This document shows, piece by piece, positions 1 to 12,559 of a stretch of DNA of 64,000 nucleotides; the stretch's first letter is position 1, and each line of letters starts with the position of its first letter. The DNA is from Octopus bimaculoides (Eukaryota): contig NC_068981.1 of the NCBI RefSeq assembly GCF_001194135.2, forward strand, positions 93,602,367 through 93,666,366, written 5' to 3'. The position numbers and the translations under genes were made by a program. A model generated the notes under the pieces. That model worked only from the letters and a program-made list of their open reading frames with translations. It had not been told where the DNA came from and did not search any database.

Positions 1-45
<45 letters not shown>

Positions 46-249
46 ATGTATGTATGTATTCCTCATTTATATACCTTTTCATTGCTACGTAACCACAATA
101 AACTTAAGATATATTGTTTTTTTTTAAATTCCACTATAATTTCTCTTTTGATAACTTTCTCCTTCCTCTGTTTATACTTATCTAATAAGAATAATATAAT
201 ACACCTAACAATAATAATAATTGATTCTTTTGTATGCATGTACATATAC

Positions 250-319
<70 letters not shown>

Positions 320-411
320 TTATGTATATTTATGTATATGTTTGTCTATGTAAAAGTGTGTATATATGTATGCATTTATATTTATAACTTAACCATATGA
401 ACTTTCTAAAC

Positions 412-533
412 TCTCTGACGAAGCCCAGAGACACACCCAAGTACCTTAATCTTATCTACCAAATACTTCAGTTCACTGGAGAGATGGAAGTAGAGTGGGG
501 TACTTTGGTCTCTTGGCTGAAACAGCTGAAAGA
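412..533 (+). ncRNA. Hammerhead-ribozyme-like motif (type I, long helix II), probably inactive relic in a PLE-type terminal repeat
   Basis: TCT-CTGACGA(415-421), then helix II AGCC/GGCT, AGAGAC/GTCTCT and CAAGTACC/GGTACTTTG, then GAA(519-521)-ACAGCTG-A-A-AGA. ACAGCTG(T) would be a palindromic helix III, but U16.1 reads A here. Confidence 0.55.
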
Positions 534-574
534 TACTATCCTACTTTCTATGCTCTACGTTATATATTTTAATA

Positions 575-647
575 ATTACTGGGATTATATTACTGGTATT
601 ATATTACTGATATTATATTACTGGTATTATATAATTACTGGTATCAT
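575..647. repeat. 14-bp minisatellite (ATTACTGGTATTAT) x5
   Basis: Five near-identical units read directly, just downstream of the HHR-like motif. Confidence 0.85.
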
Positions 648-791
648 ATACATATATTATATATGTAAAGCATAATATGTTATACATGTATGTATATTGT
701 TATAACTGTTTTTTTAATAAATAAATAGACATAATATAATGTCTAAAAGTTGATGAATACCACCTCTTGATCCCCTCCATTTTCTTATTGC

Positions 792-822
<31 letters not shown>

Positions 823-1295
823 CTACATACATATAAATTACACGCATATATTTTTTGAGGGGTTTTCGTTACTGAGTTATGCTACTGCTCATATAATATT
901 TTGTTTTTATATTTGAACTTGGTAACCAATCAATATGCACCAACGGCAACGTCGGTCATCTACGAATTTGGAAAAGAATTCATTATTGTACAATCACAAA
1001 GGAGGAAAAAACAATGAAAGTAAACATTCACAATAATTTTACTCGGTGATTGTTATACAGCTGTTTTTGGGTTTTAGTTTCAGCTTTATTCGATTTGTCT
1101 TTTTTTTGTTTTTTTTTGCTCTCGCTAATTTTGCTTCCATTCGTTTTTGCATATTTCCCAGGCAAACTTGGCAGGTGTTCTAATTAAGAATCTTACGTCA
1201 AACATCGAACAAACAGCACTCCGTTGATAGATAGATACTACGGTCAAGATAAGATTCTTAGGCTATTTTGTTTTACAGTACCTTAATGTTAAAAG

Positions 1296-1791
1296 ATGTT
1301 ATGATGATGATGATGGTGGTGGTGGTGGTGGTCATGACGACGATGATGATAATGACTACGACAATGATGATGATGAGGAGGAGGAGGAGGAGGAGGAGAA
1401 GGAGGGGAGGGGGGAGGAGGAGGAGGATGCTACAACGACGAGGACGATGACGATGACGATGATGATGATGAAGACGACGACGACAACGTCGACGGCGACA
1501 ACGATGATGACGATGATGATGATGACGACGACGACAACGATGATGACGATGACGATGATGATGATGGTGGTGGTTATGTAGTTAAAGCTGCCTTTGAGCA
1601 AAAGTATTCAGTCCAAGAACCTCCTATCGTTTGTTTTTCCCTCAACCACGTTTCTATGGTTACTTTATCTAATTCTTGCTACACGTTTTAATAAAATTAA
1701 CATAGAATTTAGAAGGAGGTTTGGTTGCTACTTCTAGCAAGTCGAGCCAATACTTAGAACCTTTCAATTTGGCTAGCAGTAGCACAGTAAG

Positions 1792-1887
<96 letters not shown>

Positions 1888-2449
1888 NNNNNNNNNNNNN
1901 NNNNNNNNNNNNNNNNNNNNNNNNNNNNNNNNNNNNNNNNNNNNNNNNNNNNNNNNNNNNNNNNNNNNNNNNNNNNNNNNNNNNNNNNNNNNNNNNNNNN
2001 NNNNNNNNNNNNNNNNNNNNNNNNNNNNNNNNNNNNNNNNNNNNNNNNNNNNNNNNNNNNNNNNNNNNNNNNNNNNNNNNNNNNNNNNNNNNNNNNNNNN
2101 NNNNNNNNNNNNNNNNNNNNNNNNNNNNNNNNNNNNNNNNNNNNNNNNNNNNNNNNNNNNNNNNNNNNNNNNNNNNNNNNNNNNNNNNNNNNNNNNNNNN
2201 NNNNNNNNNNNNNNNNNNNNNNNNNNNNNNNNNNNNNNNNNNNNNNNNNNNNNNNNNNNNNNNNNNNNNNNNNNNNNNNNNNNNNNNNNNNNNNNNNNNN
2301 NNNNNNNNNNNNNNNNNNNNNNNNNNNNNNNNNNNNNNNNNNNNNNNNNNNNNNNNNNNNNNNNNNNNNNNNNNNNNNNNNNNNNNNNNNNNNNNNNNNN
2401 NNNNNNNNNNNNNNNNNNNNNNNGGTGGTTGTGGTAGTAGTATTAGTAT

Positions 2450-2485
<36 letters not shown>
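1296..2485. repeat. Compound trinucleotide microsatellites (GAT/GGT/GAG/GAC; CAT/CAG/TAG) flanking gap 1888-2423
   Basis: Direct reading; source of the poly-amino-acid ORFs in the track. Confidence 0.9.
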
Positions 2486-2486
<1 letters not shown>

Positions 2487-3092
2487 TCTTGCTGCCGCTT
2501 TCATTGAAGGAGCTGATTGCTAAGCTGACGTCTACAATTCTTTTTTTTTTTTCAGTGTTAATGTGTTTGCGTAGTTTTCTTTTGTCACAGTTTCTTTTGC
2601 CGGCAATAGTAATAGATATTAGTTTCTTTTAAGTAGTCTCGAGTAATACAACTGTTGCCGTTGCTGTAGTCTATGACGCTGCTGTTGCTGCTGGTGGTCT
2701 GATTCTATTGTTGCTTTGGTTTTTGTTGTTTTTTGTTTGGCTGACCTATGATGAAAGGATTTTCCATGAATGCAAAACCAATTTTGTTTTATTTTAGTTC
2801 TTGGTTTTTCCTTTAGTTTTTGTATAGCATGCATGCTTACTTTATCAAGTGTGTCTTTTCTTTATTTAAGACAGCAATTTGTGATCTGAATGAGATTTGG
2901 TTATTAATCCTAGTAGGTCAAGCAACCACCACGTAGAAGCTTTTGCTTTTATTTCTGTATTTGTTGTTGCTATTGTTTAGCCTCGGGTCAGCTCTAATTA
3001 TTGGCGAATGCAGGGGAAAGTAGTTACTGTATTCTATCTACTGTGGTAGATATAAATGAATGTAAAAAGGAGAGGCTATTACAGGCAAAGGT

Positions 3093-3570
3093 GTTACGTA
3101 ACTGGGAAGGTTTTCTCGAGAGAGAGCAGGGAGTCTCATGCCAAATGACATATGGAGAACATAATCCTGATGTCAGTCATACTGTCCCGACAACTCAATG
3201 TTTTCTTCCACTGCTACTACTACTACTACTATTACTACTACTACTACTTCTCAAGCTCATTATTGTTGTTGTTGTTGTTGTTGTTGTTTCTGTTGTTATT
3301 TGTTTTGGACTATGTTGTTAACCTTAACCCTAACTCTAATCCTAACCCTAACCCTAACACTCACCCTCACCCTCATTCTAACCCTAACCCTAACTCTGAC
3401 CCTCACCCTAACCGTAACGCTAACTCTAAACCTAACCCTAACCCTACGTTGAATCGGCTCTCGAAGGTTACATAACTGAGTTAGTTTTTCTCGAGAGAGT
3501 GGGGAGATTAATGACAGATGATATAAGGAGACCATAATCCTGATGTCACTCATAGTGTCCCTACAGCTCA
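3093..3570 (+). repeat. Two diverged ~105-bp direct repeats (3093-3197, 3467-3570) of an unclassified element
   Basis: Shared blocks GTTAC(G/A)TAACTG, TTTTCTCGAGAGAG and GGAGA(A/C)CATAATCCTGATGTCA. Confidence 0.75.
3319..3444. repeat. Interstitial degenerate telomeric-type array (TAACCC)x21
   Basis: 21 in-phase hexamers: TAACCC plus variants such as TCACCC, TAACTC and TGACCC. Complement of TTAGGG. Confidence 0.9.
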
Positions 3571-4499
3571 CTATTTTCTTTTTCGTTTGTTTTTTTTGTT
3601 TGTTTTTTTTTACTTTTTGTTTGTTTCCTTTTTTGTTACTGGGCTCACATATCGCCTAGAGTGTAGTTTTAATGTATATAATAGCTGTCTAAACGTCCGA
3701 TGCAGAAGTTTAGCTTTGTCTTTACGTAATGGGGCATAATGTCTACTTGCTTCCAGCATTTTTATTTTTCAAATGAACGTTACTTTATACTTAAACGCTG
3801 TAATTCATTTTCAATGTACAACTGTAATACTATGTTGATTATAGAGCTTGTTTCTTTAGCAGTGGGTTTGGTTTTACAAATCAATCACAGGCTGGATATA
3901 GAGCCATTACTGTAGCTAGGTATCTTGTTTGGAGTATCCTGAACTGTTGTTTGCCTTGTCTTTGTTTCTTGTCGTTGTTATTCGTTTCTGGTTTGTTTAA
4001 TAATAATAATACATGTAACTTTTTGCTTTGTCTGATACACCACCACCACCATTTCATACCAGAACCAAACACCAAAACCTTAGTTACCATTATTTCCCTC
4101 ATTTGTTATTATGATTGATTGCTTTAGTGTCAGATAAGATATCTCGGAAGCTACTGAAGCTAGAAAGTCCATTATACTTTTATCGATGACTACAAAGGAA
4201 AATCATTTTTCTCTCTTTGCTTTCCAGAAATGCTGCCTTTTTTTAGCAAATTATTTAGTTATTAACTATACACATGCCCAATACCAAATGATGAGCTAGG
4301 ATACGTGTCGTATAATAAAATGATATATAATAGAAATAACTTCAAGCACATTAATTACGTAACAAAATTTCTTACAGATATTAATGGATGCACAATTTAG
4401 AAGTTCAAAATAGATCCAGATACCTTTAACATGTGCAGAGAAAATGTTCCTTCACAAATACATGCAAATATATTTCTTTCACATATGTAATGTAGCCTT

Positions 4500-5021
4500 A
4501 CTACTACTTCTTCTTCTTCTTCGTCTTCTTCTTCTTCATCTTCTTCTTCTTTATTCTTCTTCTTCTTATTCTTCTTTTTCTTCTTCTTCTTCTTCTTCGT
4601 CGTCGTCGTCGTCGTCGTCGTCATCGTCGTCGTCGTCTTCTTCTTCGTNNNNNNNNNNNNNNNNNNNNNNNNNNNNNNNNNNNNNNNNNNNNNNNNNNNN
4701 NNNNNNNNNNNNNNNNNNNNNNNNNNNNNNNNNNNNNNNNNNNNNNNNNNNNNNNNNNNNNNNNNNNNNNNNNNNNNNNNNNNNNNNNNNNNNNNNNNNN
4801 NNNNNNNNNNNNNNNNNNNNNNNNNNNNNNNNNNNNNNNNNNNNNNNNNNNNNNNNNNNNNNNNNNNNNNNNNNNNNNNNNNNNNNNNNNNNNNNNNNNN
4901 NNNNNNNNNNNNNNNNNNNNNNNNNNNNNNNNNNNNNNNNNNNNNNNNNNNNNNNNNNNNNNNNNNNNNNNNNNNNNNNNNNNNNNNNNNNNNNNNNNNN
5001 NNNNTCTTCTTCTTCTTCTTC

Positions 5022-5053
<32 letters not shown>

Positions 5054-5200
5054 TTTCTTCTCCTTCTTCTTCTTCTTCTTCTTCTTCCACTACTACTACT
5101 TTCTCTTGTAGCTCATTATTATTGTTCTTGTTGTTTCTGTTAATGACGTTGGTGTTGTTGTTGATGATGATGATCATTGATGTTGTTTCTGTTGTTGCTG
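4500..5200. repeat. (CTT)n/(CGT)n/(GTT)n compound microsatellite around gap 4649-5005
   Basis: Direct reading. Confidence 0.9.
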
Positions 5201-5399
5201 TTGTTGCAGTTCGTACGTGCATACTTCGTGCCGGCTCCCGAAGTTCAAATTTTGTTGAAAACAATTTATTTACAGTTGTATTTTTTTTTTAACTTTGATT
5301 AGAGGATCACTGTTTCACTGAGTGATGAAGGTGACTGCCAAATTATACATATAAATTACATAACCTATTTCGTTTCATCTGCTTGTGTGTATGTAGGGG

Positions 5400-5458
<59 letters not shown>

Positions 5459-5460
5459 GT

Positions 5461-5707
<247 letters not shown>

Positions 5708-6268
5708 AATGTTGATTATAGAGCTTGTTTCTTTAGCAGTGTCGTTGTTGTTGTTGTTGCTGTTATAGTGTCAGAATCAACGAAGAAGCTGCAGGGAAAC
5801 TTCTCATACGACAGCCACATTATTAGAGAATATTTTTTGCGAAAACTACAAAAACAAGAACAACGACAGTAATAGCAGCAGTGGTGATGGCAACAGCAAG
5901 GAAAAGATTTTTATCAACATTAGCAAAAAACGACACAAGCAGCAACAATAACAAAAGTGACAGTACAACAGCAATAGTAACTTCATCAGCAACAATAACA
6001 GAAGCGGTAGTAATAATAACGGCAGCGACACCAGCGACATGAAAACAAGAACAGCAACAGCAGTAGCAAAAAACAACTTACTCTCCCTAAACGACTCGAA
6101 GGCAAGACTAATACAGCGGGGAAAACGCATGTAAGGGCGATTGAGAGGAGTGCACAAGTTACCATGCCAGCACGGGTGTCGGTTTAGTATTGCTGCGTAA
6201 CGGCTAAACCTTGAAGCCTATAAGACAGATAGACTGGCAGATAGTACTGACGAATGGATGGTCTACAT

Positions 6269-6565
6269 CAGGGGCTTTCAAACTGTGGTCCGCGGACCAC
6301 AGGGGCTCCGCAAGGACAAGACAGGGGGTCGTCCGTGGACAGCAAATACTTTTTATGGGCAATTTGATTTTATATATGTTTTTTTAATCGAAATCTTTTG
6401 ACAATAAACCTATTTGTTAAATACTGTTAAATAAATAAATGTAAAAATATCTGTTATTTTAAGCAAATATTTATGTATAAATTTCATAAGCGTTTATAAG
6501 GGGGTCCCTAAGGTAAAGCCTGAAATATAAAGGGGTCCGCAAGTCAAAAAGCTTGAAAACCCCTG
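6269..6565. mobile_element. hAT (Buster/Charlie-like) MITE, family 1
   Basis: 16-bp TIRs CAGGGGCTTTCAAACT / CAGGGGTTTTCAAGCT (14/16), 8-bp TSD GTCTACAT (6261-6268, 6566-6573), subterminal GGTCCGC motifs. Confidence 0.9.
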
Positions 6566-6573
6566 GTCTACAT

Positions 6574-6945
6574 CAGTGGTTCTCAACAGGGGTCCATATA
6601 ACCACTGAGGGTCCGTATAAGGTTTTGGGGTCCACGAAACAAAATAGTAAATCGGGTATCCTCAATAGATTTTTGAGGGTCTTTGAAAACATTTTTTTTT
6701 TCAGGCCCCTCAAATCTATGCTTTAGATGTGTGTATTTGTATTTGTTGCAAGAAATTGCTAGGTTTCTTTCTCTAACATTTTACATAGTTCAACCGACAC
6801 AAGTTAATGTGCGAAAACAAATTAGGAATTTTTAAAGAAATATCTATACAACTAGTTTTTAAACATCGAATGGCTACGGGGATTCACCAGAATAAAACGA
6901 AAAGGAAAGGGGTCCATAGATAAAACAAATGGCTGAGAACCGCTG
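6574..6945. mobile_element. hAT (Buster/Charlie-like) MITE, family 2
   Basis: TIRs CAGTGGTTCTCAAC / CAGCGGTTCTCAGC; 8-bp TSD GTCTACAT (6566-6573, 6946-6953). Confidence 0.9.
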
Positions 6946-7100
6946 GTCTACATAAACTACGAGTCGTCCAAAACGTGACATTTGCTTTTGCTTTTGTTGT
7001 TTCATGGTCCCAGAGCCATTCCTTGCCGTGCAGACTCAAGCGCTTTATAACCGTAACAGTTGTTGCCGTTCTCACTCGATACATGTATACAGTGCCCAAT

Positions 7101-7462
7101 ATGTGTTAGAAATATTCGTTCTAAGTTCAAATTCCGCCGAGGTCGATTTTGCCTTTCATCTTTCTGGGGTCTATAAAATAAATACCAATTAAGCACTGGG
7201 GTTGATGTAATCGGTTTACCCTCTCCCAAAATTTGAAATCAATATGTGTCAGAAATATAAAAACGGTACGAAGACGGCGAGCTGGCAGAACCGTAAGCAC
7301 GCTGGACAAAATGCTGAGTAGCATTTCTTCCGTCTTACGTTCTGCTTTCAAATTCTGCTGAGGTCGACTTTACATTTCATTCTTTCGGGATCGCTAAAAT
7401 AAGTACCAGTCGATTTAACCCTCCTCTGAAGTTGATGGCTTTCACCGAAAATTTGAAACCCA
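7101..7462 (+). mobile_element. Two tandem copies of tRNA-derived SINE family B (7101-7250 partial; 7271-7462)
   Basis: Head GGCGAGCTGGCAGAACCGTAAGCAC, B-box-like GTTCAAATTCC, body GAGGTCGA(C/T)TTT..CTTTCAT; homologous to 60915-61135. Confidence 0.8.
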
Positions 7463-7734
7463 TATTAAAATAGTAGCGTGTGACCTGTTAGCGATTTGGC
7501 TGCTGTGTCTACTAGTTCTGGATGCCATGTAGTCTTTTACTAGTCATTTTTTTCGAAATTTGTATGTCCTTATTAATTTTTCGTTTTACCTACAGATATG
7601 ATCATGCTGAGGGTACCTGAGATGAAATACATTTGAGCCACGATCATACAGACATAGCAGACATCAGTTTATTGTTTGAAGTACATTTGGCTGCTATTTC
7701 TAAGGAATCTATACCGACCGAGCAAAGACTCTGC

Positions 7735-7766
<32 letters not shown>

Positions 7767-9700
7767 GGATGGTGGTGGTAGTGGTGCAGTTAAGGCTATA
7801 GATAATGCTGGAGATCGTGCAGTAATACATACTGTTGATGCTAATATAGCAATGAATTCTTTTATTCGTCGCCATCAATGTTGAAAGAGGAATGTTTGGA
7901 AAATGTCAGGAGACAGATCCTGTCTAGGATCAGACACTTTGCGGTGGTGGTGGTGGTGGTGGTGGTGATGTTGTTGTTATTGGTGGTGATGGTAGCCGCG
8001 GCGGTAGCGGTGGCGTGGGCTATGTGGCGATGATGTTGTTGTTGGTGATGATGATGATGGTGATGATGATGACAACGATGAGGATGCTGATAATGATTGA
8101 TGATGATGATGTTGATGATGATGATGATGGCGATGACGACATCGACAACGATAACATCGACGACGAGGATGACGAAGGCGACAACGTAGAAGATGGTGGT
8201 GGTGGTGGTGGTGGTGAAAACGCAAGAGAAATTGGCAGTGTTGTTTGGTTTGCCAGCTATGTTTATGCTGTTGGACACCATAATGGATCGTAATGGGTGT
8301 TAATGGGTGAACGGATCACGCCTGCATATTTATCACTATTAAAGACGTATTCTTGATACTTGCTGTGTTATGAAATCGTCGCCATTTGTTATATTTTGTC
8401 ACCGTTGTTGCCATTGCTGTTACGTCTGCTGTTATTGCTGTTGCTGCTGCAACTGCATTTGCTGCTGTTGCTGCTACTATCGCCACTGCTGTTCTCTGTT
8501 CATTCACTCCGATCATTTTTCATATTTTTATCGCTGGTCGTTGAACCAGTGAAACGCTGTGTTTACGAATGCAACGGGATTCTTTAACAATGTTGCAGCA
8601 TCTCTGAAAAAAAAAAGAGGATGATGGCAAATGAGAGGCTCTGATGGTATCGACAGAGGTAGTGTAGTGTGACCTGCACCGTATGATGGACACGAGCATA
8701 ATTATGGCCATTTACACCTTTTCCTCACTCAATAAGTATCACATCTATTTGAAAAATAGTAATTGCAATGGTTATGGATGACACAACAGCGGACTAATGG
8801 CGACAGTAACGGCGTCTCGGTGACGTAAATGGTTGTTTTGCTTTTGCATTGAAATAATGTCTGTAGCTGTTATTGTGAATGTGGTGGTAGTGTTGTTGTT
8901 GCTGCTGCTGTTGGTGGTGGGGGGGATTATTGTGGTGACGGTGGTGATGGTGGTTTTTATGGTGGTGGTGGTGGTGGTGGTGATGGTAATGGTGATGGTA
9001 GTAGTGTTAGCGGTAGTAATAGTGGTGGTGGTGGTGGCGGNNNNNNNNNNNNNNNNNNNNNNNNNNNNNNNNNNNNNNNNNNNNNNNNNNNNNNNNNNNN
9101 NNNNNNNNNNNNNNNNNNNNNNNNNNNNNNNNNNNNNNNNNNNNNNNNNNNNNNNNNNGCTGTTATTGTGAATGTGGTGGTAGTGTTGTTGTTGCTGCTG
9201 CTGTTGGTGGTGGGGGGGATTATTGTGGTGACGGTGGTGATGGTGGTTTTTATGGTGGTGGTGGTGGTGGTGGTGATGGTAATGGTGATGGTAGTAGTGT
9301 TAGCGGTAGTAATAGTGGTGGTGGTGGTGGCGGCAGCGGTGTGGGGGTGGGGGTGATGGTGGTGATATCTTTCGTGTGGCGGTAGTGGTGTCAGTGTTGG
9401 TGATAGTGGTGTTGATAGTGGTGGTGATAGTGGTGACAGTGATGATGGTGGTGGTAGTGGTGGTAATGATGATTACGAAGACATGTCACATTATTACTTT
9501 GATTTTGCTTGCATGTACACTTATCATGTCCATGATCATCATCATCATCATCATCATCATCGTCATCGTCTTCAATATCATCATCAGCATCTGCATCATC
9601 AGCATCATCACCATTATCATCATCGACATCATCATCATCATCATCACAATAACCATCATCATCATCATCATCAACAACATCGAAGTTATCAATAACTACA
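7735..9700. repeat. Extended compound trinucleotide tracts (AGT, GGT, GAT, GAC, GCT, CAT)
   Basis: Direct reading; includes gap 9041-9158. Confidence 0.9.
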
Positions 9701-10153
9701 TCAATATTAAAACGTTAGATTTAATATGCTGGGAGATTTATAGCTGCAATCTCATTCGTTAATAAACTATAGGTGAATGCCAATGTGACACGAACAAAGA
9801 GGTTCTGCAGGTTTTCCTATAAAAGAAAGGTTTATAATCAATGCTGATTTATTACATGTATATTATATAGTTTCATTGGAGAAAAGAGTAGATGTTACTC
9901 TCCACCAATGACGTTCATAAATTCAAATTACCTTGCTTCTGTTTCTGTTTTTTTGTTTTTCAAAATGTCAGCTATTTATCGTTTTGGAGGAGGAGGAGAC
10001 GGCGATAGGTTATAACTTTTATTTTATTGCACTTGATTTAGTTTCTGCATTTCCTTGCCTTCCAATCAGTATATTTTGAAAGGAGAAACATTTTGGAACG
10101 TTATTGAGAATTTTACATACGCTGAATAGTTTAAATAAAACGAAGGTGTAAAT

Positions 10154-10399
10154 CAGTGGTTGCTAATCAGGGTCCATATGACCCTTAGGGATCCACATAA
10201 GATTTTGTTAAGATTTATATGCAACAGATTTGGTTATACTTCTACAATACGCAAAATATTTGAAATAATTTTTATACAATTCCTAACAATATTTAATTAT
10301 ATAAATATAATAAGATTTTTTAAACATCAAATGGCTCCATCTGAGTAAGATCGGGATCAAAGGAGTTGCATAGGTAACAAAAAGGATTGAGAATCACTG
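10154..10399. mobile_element. hAT MITE, family 2 copy
   Basis: TIRs CAGTGGTTGCTAATC / CAGTGATTCTCAATC; 8-bp TSD GTGTAAAT/ATGTAAAT with central TA; interior similar to 6574-6945. Confidence 0.8.
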
Positions 10400-10452
10400 A
10401 TGTAAATTAATGATATTTATACAAATTATATTTATGCCATTTGTAGAGTATA

Positions 10453-10995
10453 GGCGCAAGAGTGGCTGTGTGGTAAGTAGCTTGCTTACCAACCACATGG
10501 TTCCGGGTTCAGTCCCACACTGCGTGACATCTTAAGCAAGTGTCTTGTAAGTGGATTTGGTAGACGGAAACTGAAAGAAGCCCGTCATATATATGTTTCC
10601 TTTCCCGAGCGTCTAGTAACACAATCTGTATCACCTTCTCACGTTGTTTTTTTTGTGTTTTTCCTTTTTTGAACTATATGTGTGTNNNNNNNNNNNNNNN
10701 NNNNNNNNNNNNNNNNNNNNNNNNNNNNNNNNNNNNNNNNNNNNNNNNNNNNNNNNNNNNNNNNNNNNNNNNTGTGTGTGTGTGTATTTGTGTATCTGTA
10801 TTCGTCCCCCTAGCATTGCTTGACAACCGATGCTGGTGTGTTTATGTCCCCGTAACTTAGCGGTTCGGCAAAATAGACCGATAGAATAAGTGCTAGGCTT
10901 ACAAAGAATAAGTCCCGGGGTCGATTTGCTCGACTAAAGGTGGTGCTCCTGCATGGCCTCAGTCAAATGACTGAAACAAGTAAAAGGGTAAAAGA
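10453..10995 (+). mobile_element. Bipartite tRNA-derived SINE family A (CORE-like) with internal microsatellite and gap
   Basis: A-box-like TGGCTGTGTGG, B-box-like GGGTTCAGTCCC; 3' half ends GCATGGCC..CAGTCAAATGACTGAAACAAGTAAAAG; at least 8 homologues in this window. Confidence 0.9.
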
Positions 10996-11029
10996 GAGAG
11001 TATTAGGAAAGGAAGTGATTATTAGTGAT

Positions 11030-11800
11030 TTTTTTTTACTTGTTTTAGTCATTGTGCTGCGGCCATGTTGGGGCACTGACTTGAAAGGGTTAGTCGAAGA
11101 AATTGACAAAAGTGCTTTTTTTTAAGTGTGGTAATTATTTTATCGGTCACTTTTGTCGAACAACTAATTTACAGAGGTGTAAACAAATCAATGGTTGTCA
11201 TGCAGTGGTGAGGAGCAAACGAAACAGAGAAACAAAAACACACACAAAGATACACACGCACGCACACACGCCCGCACACACACCACACATTTATATACAT
11301 ACATACATACAAACATACATACATACATACATACATACATACATACATACATACATACATACATGATGATGATGGCCGTCCACTCGTGACCGAGGAAGAC
11401 CATTGCCGACCTTCAGGAGCATTGTGCGCTGTGGGACTAACTTATATTTTGCATATGCGGCTCCGTTGGTGGCTAATGAGCCCTGCTCTTGACAAGCATA
11501 CACGACTGCAAGCATTGCAGACCAAGCTTTCCCCATTCACTATACGAGCCGTGCATGGTCGGGTTGCCGGCGACTAAACTGGCACCCCCCACCAGGCTAC
11601 ATACATACATACATAATATTTATACACACACACACACACATCACCGCCGTCTTTCAGTTTCCGTCTACCAAATCCATTCACAAGGCTTTGGTCGGCTCAG
11701 AGTTATATTAGAAAACATTTGCGCAAGTTGTTACGAAGAGGAACTGAACCCAAGACCACATGGTTGTGAAACAAGCTTCTTACCTATACAGCCATGCCTG
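11030..11800 (-). mobile_element. SINE family A, interrupted by an RTE fragment
   Basis: Reverse complement of the family A 3' half (11030-11250) and head (11640-11800), with (CATA)n in between. Confidence 0.85.
11366..11597 (-). mobile_element. 5'-truncated 3' end of an RTE-clade LINE inserted in (CATA)n
   Basis: Minus strand translates VCNACSRVCLSRAGLISHQRSRICKI*, the C-terminal CxxC..SRxGLxSHxR motif typical of RTE ORFs. Followed by a short 3' UTR and (CAT)n tail. Confidence 0.75.
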
Positions 11801-12559
11801 GTGGCTAGCGACATCGTTCATTTGATTTCGTAAATTATTTAAAGCATTTATAATTAAAATAGAAAACAATAATAAAAAAAAATATTTTTCATAATGTTGG
11901 CAATAGCATTTGAAAAAGTGGGAATTTGAAAACACGCCAAATTGTAAAATGATACCTCAATCAAGTATTAGAATTTGAAAATATTAACCGTGATTGGCAC
12001 TCAGAAGAATCAGTGCAATAAATATCCTACAATGGAATTGATTCATGCTCCTTGAAGAGAATTTCTAACATATTTTCCAAAGAAAGGGACCTCTTAAGAA
12101 CGCTAGCATTCTAATCTCCCAACGCCACTTATGTTTTCTATTTGGTGAATCTCATTCAATCATATCAAAACTTATATATTGGCACCACACAAATCTAGAT
12201 TGAATTTCGATAGAGATGGAGCAAAAAGAACGATGAAGAACAATTAAAGAAAAAACGAACAAACATCACAAGAAGTGACAGCGCATAAGTCAAAATGTAA
12301 ATCGGCTTGTCGAATTCAATTAAGAGTGCATTGAACTCTAGTGTTAAACTAGGCCGTATTATATTAGTCCTATCCATACTATTTATTTTAGATTTAACTT
12401 TTATGAAACGCTGTCATATTAATCTAAGTACAAACTGGTGAAATGATCACACGAAATTACGTACGCATGCAGGCATGGATACGCATACATATCTTGCACA
12501 TATATACGTATGCGTACCCATGAGTCATTGTGTATTTGACTGTAATTGGACACAAGTAC

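Noticed and set aside
3319-3444. True chromosome end
   Set aside because: Short, degenerate and internal, with ordinary sequence on both sides.
8866-9333. 175-bp exact direct repeat (8866-9040, 9159-9333)
   Set aside because: It flanks an N gap exactly; typical unmerged contig overlap, so an assembly artefact.
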